Assembly (NCBI GenBank): GCA_965228735.1
Contig: OZ245838.1
Location: 4,640,001 to 4,704,000, forward strand
Source: Planctomycetota bacterium
Lineage (GTDB): Bacteria > Planctomycetota > UBA1135 > UBA2386
DNA length: 64,000 nucleotides
Direction of reading: 5' to 3'
The translations under genes and the position numbers were made by a program. Every line of letters begins with the position of its first letter. The first letter of the stretch is position 1. Positions 36,401 to 46,157 of the stretch are shown one piece after another. The notes under the pieces were generated by a model, which saw only the letters and a list, made by a program, of their open reading frames with translations, did no database searches and was not told the DNA's origin.

Positions 36401-39400
36401 CCGCCTCGTGGCCCGACTCGGCGAAGGCGATTGGAGCCCCACGCACGTCGTCAGCTTCTGGGCCGTGTCTCGCGAAGGCGATCGCCGGCCCGGCTCGAGC
36501 CCGCTGCATCACAGCGAGGAGCGCGGTCTTTACACCCTGGTCTACCTGATTCAGGCGCTGCTCGGGGTGGGGGCGGCTGGCCCGTTCCGGTTCGTCGCCG
36601 TTTCATGCGGGATGCAGCGGCTGCCCGGCGATGCGCCCGCGGAGCCCGAGAAGTCTCTCGTGCTGGGGCCGGCGCGCGTGCTGTCGCGCGAACTGCCGGG
36701 AAGCGACTGCATCAGTGTCGATATCGACCGTCCCCCGCAACGTCGGCTCTTCGGCTCGGAGCGGGTCGCGGACTCCTCTCGGCGTGCCATCGCGTCGGAC
36801 CTGCTCGCGGAGTGCTTGTCGGACGGGTCCGCGACGACGATCGCGATTCGTGGGCGAGAGCGCTTCGAGCTGACCAACGTGAAGTGGCCGCCACCCTCGG
36901 CTTCGGGCGACACGACGACGGCGCCGTCGCGGGTGCGCCAGGGTGGGGCCTACCTGATCACCGGCGGCTTGGGCGAGATCGGCCGCCTGTTCGCGGCGCG
37001 GATCGTCGCCGCGGAACCGGACGTTCGCCTCGTGCTGACAGCCCGGCGCGGGCTCCCGCCGCGCGAGGAATGGAACAATCACGCTCGCCGCAGTGACGCC
37101 CTCGGGGAGGCGATTCGAGCCGTCATCGCGCTGGAGCGCCAGGGGGCGACGGTCCGGGTCGTTGCCGTCGACGTGACCGACATCGAGGCGATGCGCCGGA
37201 TTGTCACGGACGCAGTCCGTGACTTCGGTGCGCTCGCCGGTGTCGTCCATGCTGCGGGCATCGTCGATGATCAGCTCCTGCAGGTCGCCGAAGCCGCCGC
37301 CGTCGAGTCGGTGTTGGCGCCGAAAGTTGCCGGCACGCTCGTGCTCAATGAGCTCGTTTCCGAGTTGCCGTCGCTCGACTTCGTCTTTCTGTTCTCGTCG
37401 ACGAGTGCTTGGATCGCGCCGGCCGGGCAGAGTGCGTACGTGGCGGCGAACGTGTTCCTGGACGCGTTTGCCGAGTCGCGATCGTCCGCCACGGTGCCCG
37501 TGTGCGCGGTCGCGTGGGGCATCTGGCGGGAGATTGGCATGGCGGCCAGGGCGGTCGGTTCGCGGGACGACTCCGGGCGCGTTCTCGCCACGGCTCGCGC
37601 GACTGCGTGCAAGCATCCATGGCTGCACGAGTGCATAGGCACCGCGGCCAGCGGTGGCATCGTCGACTTCCGGTCGAGCGCCGGCAGCAGCTGGGTGTTC
37701 GACGAGCATCGCACGGCGGATGGTCAGGCGGTGTTTCCGGGTGCCGCGTACTTCGAGCTCGTTCGCGGTGCGCTCGCCGAACTCGGGTCGTCGGCGCAAC
37801 CGCCTCGGGGGGCGCTGGCGATCACGGACCTGTTCCTGTTTCGCCCGCTCGTGCCCGGTCCGGACGGTGAGATCGCGGCCCGGGTGGTCGTCTCCTTGGC
37901 GGATGACGGCGGCTTCGAGGTGCGGGTCGAGCAGCGCGCGACGACAGCTGGCGAGGGACCATGGACATTGGCGGCCCAGGCTGCCGCTGCGCTGACGGAA
38001 ACCGCCACTCCCGCCGCCGCCACGGGGCGGTCTGCTCCGACCCTCGAAGCCAGTGCCGAACCGGAGCTCGAAGGGGCTCAGCAACGTCGAATGCGCTTCG
38101 GTCCGCGTTGGAGCTGCCTGCGGACGCGAAACGTCGACCGCGATTCGGGGGTGGTCGACGGTCGGTTGGAGTTGCGGAGCTCATATCACTCGGATCTGGA
38201 GTCGATTCTCTGCCATCCGGCGCTCATGGACGTCGCGACGGGCCTCGGCCTCGAGCTGGTCGATCAGAGCGAGGGGCGGCTCTGGGTGCCGGTGTCATGT
38301 GGCGGAGCGACCCTGCATCACGGGTTGCCCCCCATCGTCGACGTCCACGTCGAACGGACCGCCCACGGTGGCGGCGAGGATCGGCGGTTCATCACGATGA
38401 CCGTCACCTTGCGGGATCCGGAGTCCGGGACGACTCTCGTCGAGTTGCGCGACTACACGATGCGGCAGGCCGACGCCAACTCGCTCGCGAGTGCGGACGA
38501 CGAAGGTTCGGCCTGGGGGGGCGGTCAGGAAGCCGCGATGGATCGGCACGAGAGCCCGGCCGAGCGTGTGTTCCTCGAGAACCTTTCACGCGGCATCACT
38601 CCGGCGGAGGGGGCGGCGGCGATCGATCGGCTCCTGGCCATGCAAGACCTGCCGCATCACGTGTTCGTCAGTTCCTTGTCGATCGATGGGCTCGCGGCCC
38701 AGACGAACTGGCTGCGGGACCACGCGGCAGCCTCGGGCGGCGAAGGCTTCGAGCGGCCGGATCTCGAGAGCACGTACAGCGAGCCCGAGACGGCGACGGA
38801 GAAACGGCTCGTCGAGATCTGGGAAGACGTGCTCGGTGTCCGGCCGATCGGCGTCGAGGACAGCTTCTTCGACCTGGGCGGCCACTCGCTGATCGCGGTT
38901 CGGTTGTTCGCTCGCATCAAGCGGGACTTGGGAGTCGATCTCCCGATCTCGACGTTGCTCGACGTGCCGGACGTTCGTGGCAGTGCCGCCATCATCGATG
39001 AGCAGGCGGGTGCGAGCGGGGAGGATTCGGCCGGCGCGGATGGCCGGTTCACCTATCTCGTGCCGCTGCAGGGCGCCGGCGAGCGCAGCGCGGGTCGATC
39101 GTCGGGTGCTACGGCGTTCTTCATGGTTGCCGGGATGTTCGGCAACGTGATGAACCTGCGTCACCTGGCGAGTCTGGTCGGCTCGGATCGTCCGGTCTAT
39201 GGCGTTCAGGCTCGCGGCTTGTTCGGCGGGCTGGAGCCGCACCTGTCGTTCGAGGACATGGCGCGCGACTATCTCGAGGAGATTCGTCGCGTGCAGCCGC
39301 ATGGCCCGTATCTGCTCGGGGGGTTCTCGGGCGGCGGGATCACGGCGTACGAGATGGCGCGGCAGCTGCGTTCGCAGGGAGAGGAAGTCGCGGCCATCGT

Positions 39401-39917
39401 GATGCTGGACACCCCCGTGCCATCGCACGAGAAGTTGACCCGCAAGCAGAAAGCCCAGATCCACCTGATCCACTTGAAGCGTCGCGGAATCCGGTATCTC
39501 GGCGAGTGGGCGCTCAAACGGGCGCGCTGGGAACTCGGCCGATTGCGGGCTCGGTTCCGGGGCAAGGTCGAACTCGACAGCTCGACCTATCATTCGGACG
39601 ACGTCCGCGATGCGTTCGTGGTTGCCGTCCGGGACTACGGTTTCGCGCCGCAGCCCGTCACGATCCATCTCTTCCGGCCGGGTCTCGCCGTGCACTACGA
39701 CCTCGGCGACGGTGTGTTGTTGGACGCGGGGAGGCAACGGGTTCGAGAGGACAACGGTTGGCGCCCGCTGGTCGACGAGGTCCACGTCTCGGAAGTGCCC
39801 GGCAACCACGACAGCATGGTTCTCGAGCCCAATGTCCGGGTCGTGGCTCTGCGAATCCGCGAACTGCTCAAGCGGTGCGATCGCAAGCGGGCAGGCGGCG
39901 CCGGCTCGCGCGGTTGA
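33426..39917 (+). CDS. Type I PKS: KS-AT-KR(with embedded DH)-ACP-TE
   Basis: KS: DPQHR, NDKD, VQTACSTS, HGTGT, KGNIGH. AT: GHSLG. KR: ITGGLGEIG, HAAG-VDD, YVAAN. DH: HRTADGQAVFP, HPALMD. ACP: FFDLGGHSL. TE: GFSGG, GNHDSM. Confidence 0.95.
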   Translation: MSEGPGSSQADNRIAIVGMAARVPGANDPRSFWRNLCAGDEAIRFLDDDELAANGVEPGQIARPDFVRAYAGLADIRGFDADFFGLGPKEAAIMDPQHRHFLECAWEALEAAGHTPESVARSVGVFAGCGIGTYFALNILTNRQLLEDVGFFLLSHTGNDKDFLATRLSYSLNLEGPSISVQTACSTSLVATHLACQSLLGGECDLALAGGSTIKTPDGQGYVFKSGEILSPDGHCRPFDHKAAGTVFGSGVGVVALRRLEDALADGDHIHAVLLATAVNNDGAAKAGYLAPSLDGQAAAVSEALAVADITADTIEMIECHGTGTPIGDPIEVGALSQAFRESTDRTAFCRIGSVKGNIGHLDTAAGVIGLIKAALAVEKGKIPPNLHFERPNPEIDFENSAFVVNGELHEWRGTGPRRAGVNALGVGGTNAHAIVEQPPAPAPCSSPARTAQPIVVSARSPAALDAAAQRLAQFLDEESSVELADVAHTLRHGRRRFSHGRVVAGHTVAEVAELLTQKTGPRSFDVRASERPAKVAFLFPGAGPQHVGMGRDLRATESGFREITDRLLGIASKLVGVDLIELIDGPETPEVERQLERPSIQLPLVYVFDYAVARLWMDLGVQPVGMLGHSLGEYVAAAIAGVWSPEDGVALVHERGRLFESVTVESGMVTVELEPDRAAELGAGIEGLEVSVVNTPGNCVLSGPRAAIDTVVTELERREIDHRIVPIATAAHSSLLEPLLDTFRTFVAKLELRAPTIPFAANLTGRWIEDDEATDPDYWVKHFRHQVRFSDCLATIFSDPQVVMLECGPGRMLSSLAKRHPHGKGRVVLPSMRHPDEKVGDDVAFAAAAGRLWAAGVDIGFEHFTGPRRRRVPLPTYPFQHKDYWIEWRGPSAGSGPDQSQPPQPERFENVEDFFARLEWRPRAAPAAPLAVPEGSRFLVLLDKLGYGDAFVDELRRLDADVVVVREDDSFVERGSKEFCIAPEDGRAGFDRLVARLGEGDWSPTHVVSFWAVSREGDRRPGSSPLHHSEERGLYTLVYLIQALLGVGAAGPFRFVAVSCGMQRLPGDAPAEPEKSLVLGPARVLSRELPGSDCISVDIDRPPQRRLFGSERVADSSRRAIASDLLAECLSDGSATTIAIRGRERFELTNVKWPPPSASGDTTTAPSRVRQGGAYLITGGLGEIGRLFAARIVAAEPDVRLVLTARRGLPPREEWNNHARRSDALGEAIRAVIALERQGATVRVVAVDVTDIEAMRRIVTDAVRDFGALAGVVHAAGIVDDQLLQVAEAAAVESVLAPKVAGTLVLNELVSELPSLDFVFLFSSTSAWIAPAGQSAYVAANVFLDAFAESRSSATVPVCAVAWGIWREIGMAARAVGSRDDSGRVLATARATACKHPWLHECIGTAASGGIVDFRSSAGSSWVFDEHRTADGQAVFPGAAYFELVRGALAELGSSAQPPRGALAITDLFLFRPLVPGPDGEIAARVVVSLADDGGFEVRVEQRATTAGEGPWTLAAQAAAALTETATPAAATGRSAPTLEASAEPELEGAQQRRMRFGPRWSCLRTRNVDRDSGVVDGRLELRSSYHSDLESILCHPALMDVATGLGLELVDQSEGRLWVPVSCGGATLHHGLPPIVDVHVERTAHGGGEDRRFITMTVTLRDPESGTTLVELRDYTMRQADANSLASADDEGSAWGGGQEAAMDRHESPAERVFLENLSRGITPAEGAAAIDRLLAMQDLPHHVFVSSLSIDGLAAQTNWLRDHAAASGGEGFERPDLESTYSEPETATEKRLVEIWEDVLGVRPIGVEDSFFDLGGHSLIAVRLFARIKRDLGVDLPISTLLDVPDVRGSAAIIDEQAGASGEDSAGADGRFTYLVPLQGAGERSAGRSSGATAFFMVAGMFGNVMNLRHLASLVGSDRPVYGVQARGLFGGLEPHLSFEDMARDYLEEIRRVQPHGPYLLGGFSGGGITAYEMARQLRSQGEEVAAIVMLDTPVPSHEKLTRKQKAQIHLIHLKRRGIRYLGEWALKRARWELGRLRARFRGKVELDSSTYHSDDVRDAFVVAVRDYGFAPQPVTIHLFRPGLAVHYDLGDGVLLDAGRQRVREDNGWRPLVDEVHVSEVPGNHDSMVLEPNVRVVALRIRELLKRCDRKRAGGAGSRG

Positions 39918-39924
39918 CGACTGG

Positions 39925-41922
39925 TCAGTTCCCGACCGTCACGACCAGCCCGCGGGTGAGCGCGATGCCGCCGGTCGACGCGGGATCGAGAACCGCGCCC
40001 TGGGCGACGAACGTGAACCCGCTGAGGCTCGCAGCGCTCGGCAGCGGCAACGGCACTCGTACGATGCCGCTCGCGTTCGTGAACCAGACGCGCGACGCGA
40101 TCGGGCTGTGGATCGCGAGCTCACAGCCGTTGCCCAGCGGGATCTGGGTCTGACCCGTGCCGAACGCGATCATCGCGGGTCGTTGCGTGGCCTCGGCGCG
40201 GACCTGCAACTGCAGATCGGCGTTGCCGGGGCGCGGGGCGCCGAAGGTCGTGATCGACGAGACGATCGTCTGGCCGCCGCAGTTCGAGCCGGCGTGGACG
40301 GCGTCGGCCGACTGCTGAGTGTCGGCCACGAGCCGCTCTTCGCTCAGGCCTAGCATGAAGCCGCGCGCGCCGTCGAAGACGTGGTGGCCGATCGGATCGC
40401 CGATCGCGGTCCAGACGCTGCCGTCCCAGCTGTAGCGTCGGACCAAGCCGGTGTTGATCCCGCGCAGGTCGCCTTCGACGCGCTGGGTGATCGCGTTGAA
40501 CGCGAACGAGGAGTTGCGCTCCGCGCGCAGCACGGTGTTGATGCCGGCCTGCCAGCTCGTGCCGTCGTACTCGAACGTGTTGGTCATCGCGAAGAAGACG
40601 GTGCGGGCCCGAATCGGATCATAGGCTGCCTTGCCGGCGGCGATCGTCATCGGGGTGGCGCTCGAGATCAGGGCCCAGTTCGTGCCATCCCATTCCCAGT
40701 GGTCGTTGATGTAGCCGCCGCTGTCATTCCCGCCGATCAGCAGGACACGTTGCCGGCCACTGTCATAGGCGAGCGCCGGGGACGAGCGCGGCGATGGCGT
40801 CGGGCCCGTGGGGTTGGCCTGTTGCCACGCCGCACCGTCCCAGAGCCAGGTATCGCCGAGGTCCTGCCCCTGCCATCGGCCGCCGAACAACACCGTCTGC
40901 TGGCGCGCCGCGTCGTAGGCCTGGGCGTGATCCTGGCGCAGCGGCACGGGCACGTTCGCGGTGTAGTTCCAACGAACACCGTCCCACTCCGCCGCGTTGG
41001 ACTGGCTGCGCGCCAGGTCGGCACCGAACGCGACGACGCGGTTTCGGTTCGAGTCGTAGCTCGCGCTCTGGTAGGCCTCATCGAAGTGCGGTCGCCGGAT
41101 CGACGACCACGCCGCACCGTCCCAGACCGCGAGTCCACGCGTTACGAAGAAGCTGCCGAACAGGCGACCGTTCTCGTGGTCGGCCGCATAGGCCTGGAAT
41201 CGCCGGGCGCCCGGTTGTCGGACGAGGTTCCAGTTGGAGCCGTCCCACTCGAAGGTCTCGTCGATCGCTGGCGCGACGACCCTGTTCAGCGCCGGGTCGT
41301 ACACGATGGCGCCGATGGCCGTTGGCCGTGAGTTCTGCATCGACCAGTTCGCGCCGTCCCATTCCCAGGTCTCGAAACCCAACGGCTGGATGGCGAGGGT
41401 CACTGCGACGAGTCGATCGCGGGCCTGGTCGAAGCTCGCGCCGAGGATCGGCGCGATGGTGGTGGCCGGGATGGGCGGCAAGCTCTGCCAGCCGCCGGCG
41501 AGGGTGAAGCGCCACGTGCTGCTGTTGCCGAGCAGGTAGAGCGCGCCGCTGTTGCGATCCACCGCGAGTCGCCCGTCGCTCGGCATCGTCGTGACCGGCT
41601 CGAGGCCGTCGCCGTCCCAGGCCACGATGTCGATCCCGTTCTGCAGGATGACCTTCTGCAGCGGCGGGAACCATGCAGCGAACCGCGCGCCGACGTTCAC
41701 GTCCGGCAAGACGCGGCCCCATCGCGTGCCATCCCACGCGTGCACCGGCGCGGGCAGGTTCGGGCCGAAGAACAGCAGCTGATCGCGAGCTTCGTCGTAG
41801 ACCATCCGACCGGCCAGGACGCTGAGGCTCAGGTTGGTTGGCGCGGTCTGCGCGGACGCGAAAGCGGAGAGGACGGGAAGCGCGGCCAGCAGGCCGACGC
41901 ACGCCAGAGCAGGCTGTTGCAT
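39925..41922 (-). CDS. Secreted kelch-like (WxWDG-repeat) beta-propeller protein with a C-terminal beta-rich domain
   Basis: Signal peptide ending ASA-Q and repeated AYD..R...LFGG...DTW.WDG..W units. Confidence 0.8.
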   Translation of the reverse strand: MQQPALACVGLLAALPVLSAFASAQTAPTNLSLSVLAGRMVYDEARDQLLFFGPNLPAPVHAWDGTRWGRVLPDVNVGARFAAWFPPLQKVILQNGIDIVAWDGDGLEPVTTMPSDGRLAVDRNSGALYLLGNSSTWRFTLAGGWQSLPPIPATTIAPILGASFDQARDRLVAVTLAIQPLGFETWEWDGANWSMQNSRPTAIGAIVYDPALNRVVAPAIDETFEWDGSNWNLVRQPGARRFQAYAADHENGRLFGSFFVTRGLAVWDGAAWSSIRRPHFDEAYQSASYDSNRNRVVAFGADLARSQSNAAEWDGVRWNYTANVPVPLRQDHAQAYDAARQQTVLFGGRWQGQDLGDTWLWDGAAWQQANPTGPTPSPRSSPALAYDSGRQRVLLIGGNDSGGYINDHWEWDGTNWALISSATPMTIAAGKAAYDPIRARTVFFAMTNTFEYDGTSWQAGINTVLRAERNSSFAFNAITQRVEGDLRGINTGLVRRYSWDGSVWTAIGDPIGHHVFDGARGFMLGLSEERLVADTQQSADAVHAGSNCGGQTIVSSITTFGAPRPGNADLQLQVRAEATQRPAMIAFGTGQTQIPLGNGCELAIHSPIASRVWFTNASGIVRVPLPLPSAASLSGFTFVAQGAVLDPASTGGIALTRGLVVTVGN

Positions 41923-42142
41923 GAGAGGGGTCTCCTGCGGCCCGACCGCGGGTCACGATCGCCGTGGCTAGCGGGCCAGTTGGTACTGTAGAGCCGCCGG
42001 TTGCCGAGGTATCGCGCCGCAAAACCCGGTCCGGTGCGCCGGTATTGCTGCCGGTTCGAGCGGTTGCTCCGAACGGACTCTCACGGAACGGGTTGCCGCT
42101 ACCCCCGGGGGCGGACAGCTGGCAAAAAAAAGCCGGCCGCGT

Positions 42143-43798
42143 CTACCTGGGCACGAGTACGGATGGCGAATCGGCGGCGAACCCGACCAACGGGTTGAGC
42201 GCCTTCGGGTTGCTCAGCGCATCGAGCGGGCGCGATTCGTAGAGGTCGTCCGGCGTGCCGAGCTGCCCATCAGGGCCGACGAGAGCGAGCCGGAACATGT
42301 ACAGGTAGGCTCCGCGGATCTGCTCGTCGAGGATGATTGCCGAGTAGCGGCGACTCGTCATCGCCGCGTGCATGCCGTCGCGAAAACTCACGAGGGCGTC
42401 GCGGACCCGCGGTGAGAGCTGCGCGAGTCGGGCCTCGTCTTGCAGGGCGAGCACGTCGATCGCGCCGTCCGCCCGATTGGGCAGCGTCTGCATCAGGTCG
42501 TAGATCGCCTGGCCGTGCGCTGAGGTCGGTTTGCCGGCGCGCGCGGTGATGTGGCCGTGCGCCGGCATGAAGACGTCCCCTGGGCGTGACCTCACGTACT
42601 CGAACAGCTCTTCGTGTGCGGTGCGGTGCGCGTCGCTCGGCAGCGCGCTGCGCACTCGCGAGGGCGCGAACGCGAACACGAACAAGAACACGAACTGCAC
42701 GACGAGGAGCCACGGCAGGAACCGCAGGCGCGCTGCCGCGACAGGACCGAGGACGCAGGCGCCCGCGAAGCCGTAGAGCAGCACGTTGTCGAAGCCGCCG
42801 ACGTGGATGCGCGACAGCCACGACGTGACGAGTCCGCCGCTGCCGACCGCGGCTAGGAACAGGGCTGCGCGGCCGCGGCCGGCGCGGCAGTCGCTGACGA
42901 ACCCAGTTATCCCGGCGACGACGAGCGGCAGCATCGGCCACAGGTCGCGCGTCCAGAAGCCGAGCTTGTTCGCCTCGACCGAGCCATGGTAGGTCGGCAT
43001 CTCGAACAGATAGAACGTCGACCAGCCTTCGCTCGACATATGCATGACGCCGAGCGCGAGGACGATCGCACCGACACCCGCGAACCCGAACTTCACGCCC
43101 CTGCGCCAGTCCAGGATCAGCGCGCCGATGCCGACAGCGGGCAGCCACATCGCGGCCGACTGCTTGGCGAGCACGGCCACCATGGCAAGCAGCGCCGCGA
43201 CCCACCAGCCGTGTCGGCCGCCGTGCCGCAGCGCGTAGGCGCACAGCAGCATCGACAGGAGGAACGGCGAGTCGTTGCGCGCGAGGTCGTACCACCAGTA
43301 GAGCCAGCCGTAGCCGGCGAGAAAGACGCCGACTGCGACGAGGCCCGGCAGGACGTGGCCGGTCTCCTTCTTGACCCAGTGGCCGATGAGCGTGGCGACT
43401 CCGAGGGAGCTCGCGAGCGCGACGAGCCGCAGCGCGAGGATGCCGTCGAGACCGAGCGCGATGCCGCCGCCGCCGAGCCAGAAGAGCAGGGGGGCGTAGA
43501 GGAACGGCACGTGCTCGGGTGTCGGTGGGCAGTAGATCGGTTCGCCTCTGCTGACGCGCAGCGCGTGATCGGCGAGCGCGCCTTCCATCCACTCGAGCTC
43601 GAACGGATAGCCGATGCGTTGGCTGACGAGATAGCCGAACCAGGCGACCGCGACCGCGGATGCCACGACCAGGACGTGCCAGACGTGTCGTTGTGCGAAT
43701 GCCGCGAAGCGCAGGAGCGCCGGCGGCAACCGGCCGGGGATCGGAGCCGGTTCGGCGGTTTGCGCGGAGGGAGTCGACATCGAGGCGAGGCGGAGCAT
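42143..43798 (-). CDS. Multi-TM membrane protein, probable GT-C (ArnT/PMT-like) glycosyltransferase
   Basis: Motifs YPFELEWMEG, PFLYAPL, WYDLARNDS and LAKQ, with many TM segments. Confidence 0.65.
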   Translation of the reverse strand: MLRLASMSTPSAQTAEPAPIPGRLPPALLRFAAFAQRHVWHVLVVASAVAVAWFGYLVSQRIGYPFELEWMEGALADHALRVSRGEPIYCPPTPEHVPFLYAPLLFWLGGGGIALGLDGILALRLVALASSLGVATLIGHWVKKETGHVLPGLVAVGVFLAGYGWLYWWYDLARNDSPFLLSMLLCAYALRHGGRHGWWVAALLAMVAVLAKQSAAMWLPAVGIGALILDWRRGVKFGFAGVGAIVLALGVMHMSSEGWSTFYLFEMPTYHGSVEANKLGFWTRDLWPMLPLVVAGITGFVSDCRAGRGRAALFLAAVGSGGLVTSWLSRIHVGGFDNVLLYGFAGACVLGPVAAARLRFLPWLLVVQFVFLFVFAFAPSRVRSALPSDAHRTAHEELFEYVRSRPGDVFMPAHGHITARAGKPTSAHGQAIYDLMQTLPNRADGAIDVLALQDEARLAQLSPRVRDALVSFRDGMHAAMTSRRYSAIILDEQIRGAYLYMFRLALVGPDGQLGTPDDLYESRPLDALSNPKALNPLVGFAADSPSVLVPR

Positions 43799-43815
43799 AT
43801 CGTCGCCCGCCGACG

Positions 43816-45468
43816 ATGCGCGTAGCGATGGTGTGGTTGCTGGTGGCCGTCGCCGTGGGCATCGGCGGTTGGTTGCTGCTGGGTGGGAGTGGTGACGGCG
43901 CCGCGCTCGCGCCGCCCAATGGTGTTGGCGGCGGCGGCGTCGGCGACGTTCCCGTGACTCCGGGTCGCAGTGGCGACGCGGACCTGTCGGCCGGCGGCGA
44001 GCTCGCCCGCGCGGTGCCGACCCGAGAGCTGACGACGCCGGCGCCGACGGATCTCGCGAGCCGCATGACCGCGTGCGTGCAGGTCGTCGACTACGAGCGT
44101 GGCACGCCGATCGCCGGCGCCGTGGTGCGACGGTTGAAGGGCGGCGCGGAGATCGGCTTCACGGACGAACGCGGGATCGTCGAGCTGCCGCTCGCAGAAC
44201 GCGAACAGCTCGGCATCGTCGCGGAGCGCTACCTGACGCGGCTGGCCGCGACGCGCCTCGGCTCGACGATCGGCGCGCCGCAGCGGGTGCAGCTGGTGCG
44301 CGATCGCTGGTCGGTGCGCCACCGGTTCGTTCTGCGGTCCGGGCCGGGCAGCGCGGCCGTGCCCGAAGCGACGATGGTCGTGCTGTCCCGGGGCCAGGCC
44401 GAGGCACCGAACCACACGGACGCCGTCGTCCAGCGCGCCCGCCTCGAGGATGCGCGACTCACGGAGCTGTTCGCCAGGCTGGCGCCCGCGCGAGTCGTGC
44501 AGGACGGCGAGAACGTCCGGTTTGCGATCGGCGTGCCCTACACGCTCGAGTTCGCGACCCGGGACGGCCTCGCGACGCGCGTCGAGCTCGCGGCGGTCGA
44601 TACGGCGCGGATCGTGCGCGTCGATCTCCAGCCCGGCGCGTTCGTTCGCGGCCGGATCGTCGGCGGCGGACAGCAGCCGCTCGCGGGGGCCGAGATCACG
44701 CGTCGGGTCGAGAGCGGTGATGGCGGCGGCCCGCTCGCACTGCGGTGCGTCACGGGTGAGAGCGGTGCGTTCGCGTTCGGCCCGCTGCCGAACGGGCCCG
44801 TGACGTTGCTCGTGCGACACGTCGACCACGAGCCGCGCGCGTTCGGTCCGATCGACGTCGCAGCCGCCGGGACGCCGGAGATCGCGCTCGTGCCGTTGCC
44901 GCAGAACGCGCTGCGTGGGCGGGTGCGGCGTCGGCCCGGCGGCGAGCCGGTCGCCGGCGCAGCCGTCGCGTGGACCCTCGGCGGCAATCCGCCGATCACG
45001 GCGGTAACCGCGGCTGATGGCACGTTCCGGCTCGCGGCGAGCGGCGACGCGGCGGGCCGGCTCGTCGTGAGCAAGCCGGGCTACGTGCCGCTCGCGGAGC
45101 TCGTCGAGGCGGCCGCGCCGATGCGCGACTACGACCTGTTGCCCGCCGTGACCGCGGACCGCGTCGCTGCCGGTCTCACGGGCGTACTCACGGGCGTCGT
45201 CGTGCGCGCGGGTCAGCCGCTCGCGGGCGCGACCGTGCGCTGGGTGCCCGGCGCGCCGGCCGCAGCGCCGGAGCCGACGGGTCGCCGCGCGATCTCGGGA
45301 CACGTGCTCGCGCTGCCGTTGACCGTGAGCACCGACGGCGAAGGCGTGTTCACGCTCGAGACCGATCGCTTCGGACCGGGCCGGCTCGAGCTCGCGGACG
45401 GCGGCGCGGGTCTCGACGTCGAAGCGATCGCCGGGCAGCGGCGCGATGGCCTGCGGCTCGGCAACTGA
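43816..45468 (+). CDS. Membrane-anchored carboxypeptidase-regulatory-like (transthyretin-like) repeat protein
   Basis: N-terminal TM segment and repeats of G-V...G-P-AGA-V...T--DG-F. Confidence 0.75.
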   Translation: MRVAMVWLLVAVAVGIGGWLLLGGSGDGAALAPPNGVGGGGVGDVPVTPGRSGDADLSAGGELARAVPTRELTTPAPTDLASRMTACVQVVDYERGTPIAGAVVRRLKGGAEIGFTDERGIVELPLAEREQLGIVAERYLTRLAATRLGSTIGAPQRVQLVRDRWSVRHRFVLRSGPGSAAVPEATMVVLSRGQAEAPNHTDAVVQRARLEDARLTELFARLAPARVVQDGENVRFAIGVPYTLEFATRDGLATRVELAAVDTARIVRVDLQPGAFVRGRIVGGGQQPLAGAEITRRVESGDGGGPLALRCVTGESGAFAFGPLPNGPVTLLVRHVDHEPRAFGPIDVAAAGTPEIALVPLPQNALRGRVRRRPGGEPVAGAAVAWTLGGNPPITAVTAADGTFRLAASGDAAGRLVVSKPGYVPLAELVEAAAPMRDYDLLPAVTADRVAAGLTGVLTGVVVRAGQPLAGATVRWVPGAPAAAPEPTGRRAISGHVLALPLTVSTDGEGVFTLETDRFGPGRLELADGGAGLDVEAIAGQRRDGLRLGN

Positions 45469-45505
45469 TGCAGGGTAGCTGACCGATGATGCGGGGGACT
45501 ACGAC

Positions 45506-46054
45506 ATGACGCTCGGCGACTGGGAGCAGCTCGAGGAAGAGACGCTGCTGCACTACAAGGTCTTCCACGTTCGCAAGTCGCGCCGGCGGTCGCCGCGCAC
45601 CGGCGCGGACATCGGGTTCTTCCTGATCGACACCCCCGACTGGGTCAACATCGTGCCGATCACGACCAACGACGAGATCGTCCTCGTGCGGCAGTATCGC
45701 CACGGCGACAGGCGCATCGCGCTCGAGGTGCCCGGCGGCCTCATCGATCCGCACGAGACCGATCCGGCGCAGGCCGCAGCGCGGGAGTTGCGTGAGGAGA
45801 GCGGCTACGAGGCCGGCACGCTCGAGCGGATCGGGGAGATGAATCCCAACCCCGCGATCTTCTCCAACCGCTGCTACGTCTACCTCGCGACCGACTGCAC
45901 GCGGGTCGGCGAGCCCGAGCTCGATCCGGGCGAGGACATCGAGGTCGTCACCGTGCCGGTCACCGAACTCGATGCGCTGATTCGGGACGGCGCCATCGAG
46001 CACTCGATCGTGCTCGGGGCCATCGCGATCTGGCGGGCGCGGCAGAGCGTCTGA
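45506..46054 (+). CDS. NUDIX hydrolase (ADP-ribose pyrophosphatase-like)
   Basis: VRQYRH, LEVPGGLID and the Nudix box AAARELREESGY. Confidence 0.93.
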   Translation: MTLGDWEQLEEETLLHYKVFHVRKSRRRSPRTGADIGFFLIDTPDWVNIVPITTNDEIVLVRQYRHGDRRIALEVPGGLIDPHETDPAQAAARELREESGYEAGTLERIGEMNPNPAIFSNRCYVYLATDCTRVGEPELDPGEDIEVVTVPVTELDALIRDGAIEHSIVLGAIAIWRARQSV

Positions 46055-46157
46055 TCCGGCCGCCGGGGCGCGTTTTCCGGGATCAACCGGCAGTTTTCCC
46101 CAATAGTTGGCCACAGCGCCGTGCATTACCGTGGCGGCTGCCGCCCGGAGATCCTCC

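Noticed and set aside
42111..42140. A8 tract as an intrinsic terminator for the 42143 gene
   Set aside because: The tract sits within, rather than after, the only evident short stem, so support is weak.
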